In this document: positions 56,305-64,000 of the stretch, piece by piece | Layout: the number at the start of each line of letters is the position of its first letter | How positions within the stretch are numbered: position 1 is the first letter of the stretch | NCBI GenBank assembly: GCA_000002445.1 | Contig: CM000208.1 | Coordinates: forward strand, 3,680,001-3,744,000 | From: Trypanosoma brucei | Lineage: Eukaryota | DNA: 64,000 nucleotides | Direction: 5' to 3' | Notes under the pieces: model-generated | What the model was told of the DNA's origin: nothing | The model's input: the letters and a program-made list of their open reading frames with translations, nothing else | Database searches by the model: none | Program-made: the position numbers and the translations under genes

Positions 56305-58335
56305 ATGAGTGATGTGAGTAAGTTCGTGAGGCAACTGGAGCGGCTGGTTGAAACCGGGGCGGAACCGTCGAAGATTCTCCCCGCCATTGACAAGATACTC
56401 TTTGTGGGATCAAAAAATACATTTGCGCTACGTTGCAAGGTGGTATGTCTGCTTCATCAAGACAAGCACGCGGCCGCGCTGGCTACACTTGAACAGTTGG
56501 CTGCGACCGATCCATCATTAGGCAACAAGTCGCAAGAGTACGCATTCCACAAAGCCTATTGCCACTATAGGTTATTTGATGACAGGCAGGCACAAATGGT
56601 TCTCAGCCGCGCCCCGCACACGGCAAATCACGTGCCTTCACAACATTTGCTTGCTCAAGCACACTACCGCCTAGAAGAATTCGAAGAAGCCGCTAACATA
56701 TACGAGGAACTTCTTAAAAATGAAAGATTCCGTGACGAGCAGGAAAAGGCGGAATTGCTCACAAACTATACTGCCGCCTGCACAGCGATGGACGTTCAGC
56801 GGACACAGGCAATTGTCCGCTCCGCTGATGTTAAAAATGCGGATATGTTGTATAACGTAGCTACAGCGCAGCTTGAGGTGCAGGACTATGCTGCTGCCAC
56901 ACAGACGCTAAAGCAAGCGGAGATGGTGTGCGCTCGAGCACACCCGGAAAGCCAACTGCGGTCCTTCGAAGATGTGTGCTCGAAGGTTGATGACGAGCTC
57001 CGCGCATTATTAGATGCGAAGGGATCACCAGAGCGCGCGTTCTTCGACGACGTGGCCAACATATGGGTGCAGATGGCATTTGTGCACCATGCTATCCACC
57101 ATGAGGAGAAGGCAGCGGCGCTGCTAACCTTTGTCCTGAAGTATCGTCCCCCATCGGAGGTGACTCTAGCCGTCGCCTCCATTAACTGGGCGGCTATTCA
57201 GCGTCACAAAGATTTCTTCGACACCTACCGAAAACTGAAGTCAGCTCAAAACCCAGCAGTGAATAATCGCCTAACATCACGTCAGCGGCTGCTGGTCCAC
57301 TACAACATTGCGATGCTGCTACTGAACACAGGAAACTTTACAAGATTCAAGCGGCAGGTGGAGTTGGTTGCTAGTGATTACCCTGATGCAGACCTCACAC
57401 ATGCACTAAAACTCGCTCTGGCAGTCGGTGAGACAAAGAAGAAGAAACAGTCCGGGGACAAAACAGTGAGCGAGTACTTGGACAACTACAAAAAGAGCGT
57501 AGCAGCGCAACAGCAGCAGCAACAGCGAAAGCCCGCGGTGGGACGAATGCTTCCTCTCATTGCAGCGCAGATATTCCTTGATAACAGCGACTTGGAACGT
57601 GCCATCGAGTCACTTTCCTCCGCCGCCGATGATATACAGCGGAGGCCGTGCACCCTTATGACGCTGTTCACGTGGAAGGTGCAATTGGGTGACATTTCTG
57701 GTGGAAAGCAACTTCTGAAAGAGTATGCTGGGGCTGCAATGAAGAATGTAGATGTCGTCAAGACCATCACATTATGGGCTGTACGGTTCCTATCCGCTAG
57801 GGGGCTGTATGCCGATGGTGTCGATGTCATTCAGGACGCACAAAGGGTTGCTGCAGCACTCCAGCAGGACAGGGAAGTGCTCGCCCTCATGGCACTCTGT
57901 CTTTCGTATTATGACATGCAGGCCGCTCGGTCTTGCATCGCGGGTATACCTGATGCTGACAATAAAACAGGCGCACCGTCAGGCAAGATAACTTCCTCAT
58001 TCATTAAAGAGCTCGAAGCTCAACAACCTTCGCGGCAGCGGATTGAATCCTTTGGGTATCGGCGAGTGGTTGAGGATGACGAGGAGGGCGATGGTGGACC
58101 GAAGGCGAAACGAGCGGGTCGCAGGGCGCGTCCAATGCGTAGGCCACCAAAGAATGCGGAGAGCCGAATTGACCCGGAACGATGGATTCCAATGTCACAC
58201 CGCTCGTACATAAAGGACTTGCCAGAGCGCAGGAAGCGGGAGCTGAAGCGCCTACGCGCCATCGAGCAGGAACAAAAGCGGCGGCTTGCGGAAAAGAGGA
58301 AAGTGGCTACGGCCACAGCAGACCCGTCGTCGTAG
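56305..58335 (+). CDS. SRP72: Signal recognition particle subunit SRP72
   Basis: N-terminal TPR region (LRCKVVCLLHQDKHAAALATLEQ..., FHKAYCHYRL, AQAHYRLEEFEEAANIYEELL) aligns with SRP72 (LHCKVVCLIQNGSFKEAL, FEKAYCEYRL). Lys/Arg-rich C-terminus carries the conserved PERWIPMSHRSY motif (SRP72 PERWLPMRERSY). ATG start. Confidence 0.85.
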   Translation: MSDVSKFVRQLERLVETGAEPSKILPAIDKILFVGSKNTFALRCKVVCLLHQDKHAAALATLEQLAATDPSLGNKSQEYAFHKAYCHYRLFDDRQAQMVLSRAPHTANHVPSQHLLAQAHYRLEEFEEAANIYEELLKNERFRDEQEKAELLTNYTAACTAMDVQRTQAIVRSADVKNADMLYNVATAQLEVQDYAAATQTLKQAEMVCARAHPESQLRSFEDVCSKVDDELRALLDAKGSPERAFFDDVANIWVQMAFVHHAIHHEEKAAALLTFVLKYRPPSEVTLAVASINWAAIQRHKDFFDTYRKLKSAQNPAVNNRLTSRQRLLVHYNIAMLLLNTGNFTRFKRQVELVASDYPDADLTHALKLALAVGETKKKKQSGDKTVSEYLDNYKKSVAAQQQQQQRKPAVGRMLPLIAAQIFLDNSDLERAIESLSSAADDIQRRPCTLMTLFTWKVQLGDISGGKQLLKEYAGAAMKNVDVVKTITLWAVRFLSARGLYADGVDVIQDAQRVAAALQQDREVLALMALCLSYYDMQAARSCIAGIPDADNKTGAPSGKITSSFIKELEAQQPSRQRIESFGYRRVVEDDEEGDGGPKAKRAGRRARPMRRPPKNAESRIDPERWIPMSHRSYIKDLPERRKRELKRLRAIEQEQKRRLAEKRKVATATADPSS

Positions 58336-59026
58336 CGAACCCTCACCCTCCCTCCACGGGGAAACAGCAGTGGGGAAACTCAGGTAAAAAGCGTAAACCC
58401 CGGAATTGTCACACAGTGTGGTGAAGGCATTGCTGTTACGGGAGTGTTGGAGTCTTTGAGTCGTCGCATTAAAACATTCCATGACGTGGCTTTGTGTGTC
58501 TGCATTCAAATGGAAATGAACTAAAATAAAACAAGTGTGGTAAGAGGAAGAAGCGGTGTGTTTATGAAGTGGGGAATGAAGGAGCAGAGCGGAAGTGCGG
58601 AGGAATGAATGGAGCAACTTGCGTCTTCTTATAATCTTTTGTACTACCGTCACTTGCCAAACCTCGAATAACCATCTACAAGCGGAAGAAGAAAAACGAA
58701 GCGGTTTAAGGGGCTCACACGGTAGTTTTTGACTTTATTCCGCATGGTGGTAGTTTCGCTTTCCCTATTTCACTACTGTCATTATTTTGTATTACCGCTT
58801 GCAATTTGTCTAGTCGAGTGAACTGGTAGTATTTTCTTGAATTTTCTCTGATTTTTTTTTTACTGTGGAAAAGAATTGGAAAGGTGAGACGAAAGGTAAA
58901 ATTATAAAAAGGGGGAAAGTACACTCACCATACATACAAGGTGGCAAGGAAAAGATTTTATTTCTAATAACTAAATAATTAAGCGTTTGGCCCTCGCTAA
59001 AATATTAAAAATATATATTATATCCG

Positions 59027-60835
59027 ATGGCCAAACCGAAGTACCTAAAAAAGAAGCAAGAAGCCGCTGCAGCGGCGGCGGCAGCTGAGCAGCAAAAAAA
59101 GGAACAAGATGGGGATCCGTCAGTGGCGAAAGGCGCAGGTGCTCCGGATGAGGAACCAAAGAGCTCCGGTGCGATGGTGGCGTTCGCGAATCCCGTGTTC
59201 CGTGACGGTGTGAGCGATATTCTTGTGGAAAAAATCGATATTAGCTACCAGGGAGTTCATATTCTGGAGAATGCCACCTTGAACCTGGTTGCGGGACACC
59301 GTTATGGTCTTGTGGGTCCTAATGGATGCGGTAAGTCAACTTTGTTGAAGGTTCTTGGCTGTCACGAAATACCGTTTCCCAAACATGTTGATAGGTATTT
59401 TGTGTCGCATGAGGTCGAAGCATCCGATATGTCAGCTATTGACGCAGTAGTGTCCGTGGACAAGGAAAAGGAGCTGCTGGAGAAAGAAATAGAGGAGTTG
59501 GCGCTTGCAGATCAGGAGGATCCTGTAGTGACGCAGCGTATGGATGACATTTACAAGCGCCTGGATGAGTTGGATGCCGACACTGCGCTAGCGCGCGCAG
59601 GGAAAATATTGTTTGGTCTTGGCTTTACGCCAGAGATGCAGTTACGGCCGACGAAGTCATTTTCTGGTGGGTGGCGTATGCGCATTTCCCTAGCTCAGGC
59701 GCTGTTCATTAATCCAACAGTTCTTCTTCTTGACGAACCAACGAACCATCTCGACATTGAGGCCGTGGTGTGGTTGGAGAACTATCTCTCCAAGTTCAAG
59801 AAAATTCTTTTCATGGTATCCCACTCGCAGGATTTCATGAATAGCGTCTGCACCAAGGTGGCTCATATGGCCCGGGGGAAGCTCGATTACTACGACGGAA
59901 ACTACGACCAGTACTGCATAACGCGTGCAGAAAAGGAGAGTAACCAGATGCGCCGCTTTCAGTGGGAACAGAACCAGATTAAGAGCATGAAAGAGTATAT
60001 TGCCCGTTTCGGTCATGGTAGTGCAAAGCTTGCACGGCAGGCCCAGTCAAAGGAAAAGACGCTTGCCCGTATGACACGTGGTGGCCTCACTGAAAATGTG
60101 GCCAAAGACAGGCAAGTAAACTTTTGGTTCCCCTGCGCGGGACCGCTTCCCCCGCCGATGCTTCAGTTCCGAGAGGTGTCTTTTGCCTACCCAGGGCGTG
60201 ACCCTCTTTTCCAGGACCTTGAACTTGGAGTAGACATGGAATCACGTATCTGTCTTGTTGGACCGAATGGTGCAGGGAAGACAACCCTGACAAAGCTAAT
60301 GTGCCGTGAGCTGGAACCCACAACTGGTTATGTTGCTAAGAATGCTCACTGCATCATTGCTCGTTTCCATCAGCACTTCGTGGATCAAATCGATTTGTCC
60401 CTTTCGCCGCTAGAATGGATGGGACAAGAGTACCCAACGGTGACCGACCCCAATATACTGCGCAGCGCGCTCGGACGATTTGGTGTATCCGGCAAGCTTC
60501 AGATGACACCCATGAACACCCTTTCGGACGGCCAGAAGTCAAGAGTGGTCTTTTCCTGGATGGCATTCAAAACGCCTCACTTGATGATTCTTGACGAGCC
60601 AACAAACCACCTTGATATTGAGTCCATTGACGCTTTGGCCGATGCGGTTAACAGTTTTGAGGGTGCTGTGGTGGTGGTTTCCCACGATCTCCGCCTCATC
60701 GCGCAGATTGCCGAAGAAATTTGGATTGTGGACCAGGGGAAATGCCGCAAGTTTGATGGTGACATCGCCGACTACAAGGAACATGTCCAGCGTGAAGTCA
60801 ACCGTATGACAGAAGACTACGCCAACCGGAAGTGA
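59027..60835 (+). CDS. ABC-F family ATPase (two nucleotide-binding domains, no transmembrane domain)
   Basis: Two Walker A motifs (GPNGCGKST, GPNGAGKTT). Two ABC signature variants (FSGGWRMR, LSDGQKSR). Walker B LLLDEPTNHLD and ILDEPTNHLD. Lys/Ala-rich N-terminus. No membrane segments. ATG start, 602 aa. Confidence 0.9.
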   Translation: MAKPKYLKKKQEAAAAAAAAEQQKKEQDGDPSVAKGAGAPDEEPKSSGAMVAFANPVFRDGVSDILVEKIDISYQGVHILENATLNLVAGHRYGLVGPNGCGKSTLLKVLGCHEIPFPKHVDRYFVSHEVEASDMSAIDAVVSVDKEKELLEKEIEELALADQEDPVVTQRMDDIYKRLDELDADTALARAGKILFGLGFTPEMQLRPTKSFSGGWRMRISLAQALFINPTVLLLDEPTNHLDIEAVVWLENYLSKFKKILFMVSHSQDFMNSVCTKVAHMARGKLDYYDGNYDQYCITRAEKESNQMRRFQWEQNQIKSMKEYIARFGHGSAKLARQAQSKEKTLARMTRGGLTENVAKDRQVNFWFPCAGPLPPPMLQFREVSFAYPGRDPLFQDLELGVDMESRICLVGPNGAGKTTLTKLMCRELEPTTGYVAKNAHCIIARFHQHFVDQIDLSLSPLEWMGQEYPTVTDPNILRSALGRFGVSGKLQMTPMNTLSDGQKSRVVFSWMAFKTPHLMILDEPTNHLDIESIDALADAVNSFEGAVVVVSHDLRLIAQIAEEIWIVDQGKCRKFDGDIADYKEHVQREVNRMTEDYANRK

Positions 60836-62581
60836 GTTCTTCTTGTGGACCGCTGCCGTAACATTAAGATGGAAAGGGGGAGGGAAGAGGAAGTGGAATG
60901 AACTGAAGGTGAGACAGAGTAACACGCGAAGATGGGCCTCCCGGGGCTTGAGTTGCAGAAACAGAAACGGCTAATACGAAAGGCACGAGTACGAAGGTGG
61001 TCTAATTTCTGGGATCTGAAGCCGTCACGTACGTAGGTTCTCCACTCGGTTTCGCCGATGGGAAAGGCAACACGGTCAGACAAATCTGCTTCACTACTTA
61101 CTCCGCTTCATTCGTGCAGGTTGTGCCTCTTTTTATTGTGCAACATTATCGAAACCCTTGGTTCGTTGTAACAGCTGGCACAGGGGATGGAAAAGGGCGG
61201 TGTCACAAACTGGGCTTTACCGCACTTGCACTCGTGTAAGGACCACTGAAGGTGCAACGACGTTTCGTCTTTGATGTGTGTAAAGGAGGAGGAATGTGAG
61301 GGAACAGAAAACGGAGAAAAAAACAAAGCAGTTCTTAGTCAAGGTAATACAGGTGGGGAAGTGCCTGAGCCTTGCTTACACTCTGGTTTTCACTGTAATG
61401 CAGTAATGCGCTGCAACAGCTTTTTAGTAATCTTTTCAAACCGTGGAAGTGGTCTCATCCCCTCCCGCCTTGTTTCTCCGCACATTCCCCTCTAACTGGT
61501 TACTGCCCTTAAAGTGGTAAGTTTTTTTTTTAATAGGAGGCAAGCTTCGCGTTTTCGGTCCTTTTCGTGTAGCTTACTTAGCTCACACTCTCGTTTTTTA
61601 AAAAATATCTGATAATTTCCATGTACTTAATCATTTCTTTTTCTCTACATAATTTTTCTTCACACCAAGTGCGTACATGGTATATTAGTTTAGGATTATT
61701 CGTGCGCTTGTAAAGTTCACATTAGAGGGGGGGGCTCGAAAGGATTTTGTAATGCAGCGGAAGCGGTTGGGAAAATAAGCGGCGCTCAAGAGTTGTGAAT
61801 ATTAGTTGTAATCCGAAACAAGGTCAATGGCGTGGGGAAATTCCGTTGTGGTAACGGTGTTTATCTTGTTTTTGTTCAGTCTTCATTACTCCCCGCCAGC
61901 GTGCGGAAATCGAGTACAACTTATACCCTTCAACATTGCATGTCCCACCTGGGTCGCCAGGTTGTGGAACAGATGGAAACAGCTATGTTTTCTTATTTTT
62001 TTTTCGATTGTAATTAATGTGCCGCGCTCGACACTTGCCGGCGGTGTGGACTCAGTTCCACCGGATCCCGCTTGCACGCTCTCATGCATGTGCCACCGTG
62101 TTGTGTCTTTTTTTTTTGCGTGTGTATGTGTGTGTGTGACGAGCGGCGGATATGAATGAAATTTGTGAAAGAAGGTTAAACGGCTTATTCTCGCCTATTC
62201 ACCCATTTATGGGGAACTATGTTCGATTGAGGCGTGTATGCTCATTTTTGTATTCCACAAGTGTAGAAGTGTATAAAGTCACATACATGCGCACGCACTC
62301 GTATGTGAAGGCAACAATTTCTTCCCATCTCTTCATCTTTTCTCTATTCGAACAGGGGACTCGCACCCCACATTGTGGCACAACAAAACGGTAAAAAAGA
62401 AGAAAAAGAAAAACGGGATTGCTGTTGCGCTCATTCACACGTTTCGTGGAACATAATTCGGTAAGCGTCTCCTCAAGTTGTATCCGCTGCAGATTGCTAA
62501 TTGACGTGTTAGGGGAAAGTTTCGACACCTCCCGCCAACGACAGAGGACGCGAAGACACAACGACATACCGAGTACTACCG

Positions 62582-64000
62582 ATGCAGTCTGTGAGGTTCA
62601 GCGAAGTGGTGGAGAGGGCGCTTGCGGAATCTTTCCCCTCCGCCGACACTTTTGATAGGCCCGACTTCGATCCTGTTAATTATATCAATAAGGCCTTCCC
62701 TGATGCGGCGAGTTTGTCGGAGCTTCCGGCATTTGTCGAGAGCAGCGAAGCTCGATTGAGGGAAACAGAGTGTTCATTGGTGAGGTCGGTGGAGGCACAG
62801 GCAGCGAACGCAGTGACTGCCGATAAGGATCTTCGCAACGCAAAGGCCGCTGTTGCCGCACTCTATGAACGCGTTTCAGACATCAAGTTGAAAGCAGCGA
62901 AGAGCGAGGACACCGTACATGAATTGTGTCATCAAATTCGTCAACTTGATACAGCCAAAACGAACCTAACAGCGGGCATCAACTTGCTGCGCTCGCTGCA
63001 GCTTTGGATGCTGCAACTGCAGACCCTCTCCACGGCCTTTGAGCGTGGTAAGTTCATTCAGTGCCGAGATGCGTTGGCAGAGGTGCAGAAACACTCAGTC
63101 ACGTTTAGTTCTTTGAAGAATATACCAAAAGTTAAGCAACTCTTCGATAAACAGGCAGTGCTATGTGAGAAACTCGACTACTGTATTCGCTATAAGGTTT
63201 TTGGAAGCCTTAACGTCGAGTCGCTCGACGAGAAACAGTTGTCGGAGGCGAGCGCAGTTATTGACCTCCTGGGCAACAACAGCATTCGGGCTATCCGTGA
63301 AAGTTTCATTTCCACCATGTTGGAGTCGTACACACAGCGGTTTCAACCGGGAACAGAAAGTGCTCAATTGGAACGCACCGAGCGACGGTATGTTTACATT
63401 CGTACGCTTCTTGAGCAGAATGAATCTCTTTTCCGTAATGCGTTTCCGCTTCGCTGGTGTGTGCCACAAGAGTTGTGCTTAACCTTCTGCCTCCGCACTA
63501 AGGCAGACCTGGATCAGCTTCTGAGCGAAGCAAGTGGAAACGTCGATGTGGTGGTGCTCACCTATGTACTGCAGAAAACTATTGATGTGGAGCGTGACCT
63601 AACCCATATGATGGCTTGGAAAGGGGACTTCCCCGGGAAAGAGGCATTGCCTCAGTACAGATATAATGGCATCATTCTGTCATCCTTCAAGGATCACATG
63701 AAGCTCTTTGTAGACAACGAAGACAGGCTCATGGGTGAAGCGTTATCTCAGCCCATTCTTATTGAGCCAGAAAACAGCGTGAAGGGTGGTGGGGGTGACA
63801 ATGAGGGCAGCACCGCAAAGAATGAGCCTGTGTACGGATGGGGCGAGGAGTCCGGCAGTTCTGTAGGTCTGACGATCCCCCTCTCGGCAGACCTTTTCCT
63901 ATTCATAAGGGAGAGTCTGAAGCGTGCGTTGCGTATCTCTCAGCAGGATGTGTTACTGGATATGGCCGCGGTTTGGCGGAAGTACCTCCTGCACTTTGCA
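62582..64000 (+). CDS. VPS53: GARP complex subunit VPS53, N-terminal part (continues beyond window end)
   Basis: Hand-translated frame from ATG 62582 stays open to position 64000: MQSVRFSEVVERALAESFPSADTFDRPDFDPVNYINKAFPDAASLSELPAFVESSEARLRETE...DIKLKAAKSEDTVHELCHQIRQLDTAKTNLTAGINLLRSLQ. This matches the conserved VPS53 N-terminus (DSPDFDPVEYINQLFPTEQSL...DIKKKAEKSE...IKQLDHAKRNLT). It is missing from the ORF track because no stop falls inside the window. Confidence 0.7.
   Translation, partial: MQSVRFSEVVERALAESFPSADTFDRPDFDPVNYINKAFPDAASLSELPAFVESSEARLRETECSLVRSVEAQAANAVTADKDLRNAKAAVAALYERVSDIKLKAAKSEDTVHELCHQIRQLDTAKTNLTAGINLLRSLQLWMLQLQTLSTAFERGKFIQCRDALAEVQKHSVTFSSLKNIPKVKQLFDKQAVLCEKLDYCIRYKVFGSLNVESLDEKQLSEASAVIDLLGNNSIRAIRESFISTMLESYTQRFQPGTESAQLERTERRYVYIRTLLEQNESLFRNAFPLRWCVPQELCLTFCLRTKADLDQLLSEASGNVDVVVLTYVLQKTIDVERDLTHMMAWKGDFPGKEALPQYRYNGIILSSFKDHMKLFVDNEDRLMGEALSQPILIEPENSVKGGGGDNEGSTAKNEPVYGWGEESGSSVGLTIPLSADLFLFIRESLKRALRISQQDVLLDMAAVWRKYLLHFA

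Noticed and set aside
45787-64000. Apparent clustering of membrane-trafficking genes (VPS36, SNARE-like, SRP72, VPS53) as a functional module
   Set aside because: Kinetoplastid polycistrons are not functionally organised. The intervening genes (GMD, ABCF, transporter, hypotheticals) are unrelated to trafficking, so the clustering is most likely coincidence.

Overview
This 64 kb window reads as a kinetoplastid (Trypanosoma brucei-like) nuclear chromosome segment, not a prokaryotic locus. All supported protein-coding genes lie on the + strand, separated by pyrimidine-rich and microsatellite-rich spacers, which is the layout of one polycistronic transcription unit. There are no introns, operons, CRISPR arrays or mobile elements. 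The 5' 12 kb is gene-poor and very low in complexity, with (TA)n, (GT)n, (GA)n and poly-T tracts and a 107-bp tandem duplication; it holds only a divergent histone H3 variant (H3V-like), a tandem CYTH-domain protein and a small membrane-protein ORF. Downstream is a dense array of conserved genes: a DEAH-like helicase with degenerate motifs, a Pro/Ala/Ser-rich ORF, RNA polymerase I/III subunit RPAC1 (AC40), UTP11, two tandem kinesins, glycosomal malate dehydrogenase (C-terminal SKL), an NDUFAF5-like methyltransferase, an ankyrin-repeat tail-anchored protein, VPS36, a polytopic transporter, GDP-mannose 4,6-dehydratase, a tail-anchored SNARE-like protein, SRP72, an ABCF ATPase and the 5' part of VPS53. 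I found no unusual prokaryote-style system. The items most worth a second look are: (1) the helicase-like gene has every catalytic motif substituted and abuts the next ORF with no spacer; (2) near-identical nucleotide tracts, consistent with gene conversion, are shared by the two kinesin motor domains, both of which carry large loop-L5 insertions; (3) both CYTH repeats are degenerate; (4) the 8 kb repeat-rich region around the lone H3V gene may be a transcription boundary. Several ORF-track starts use GTG or TTG and were moved to the first ATG. One real gene (VPS53) is absent from the track because it runs off the window.
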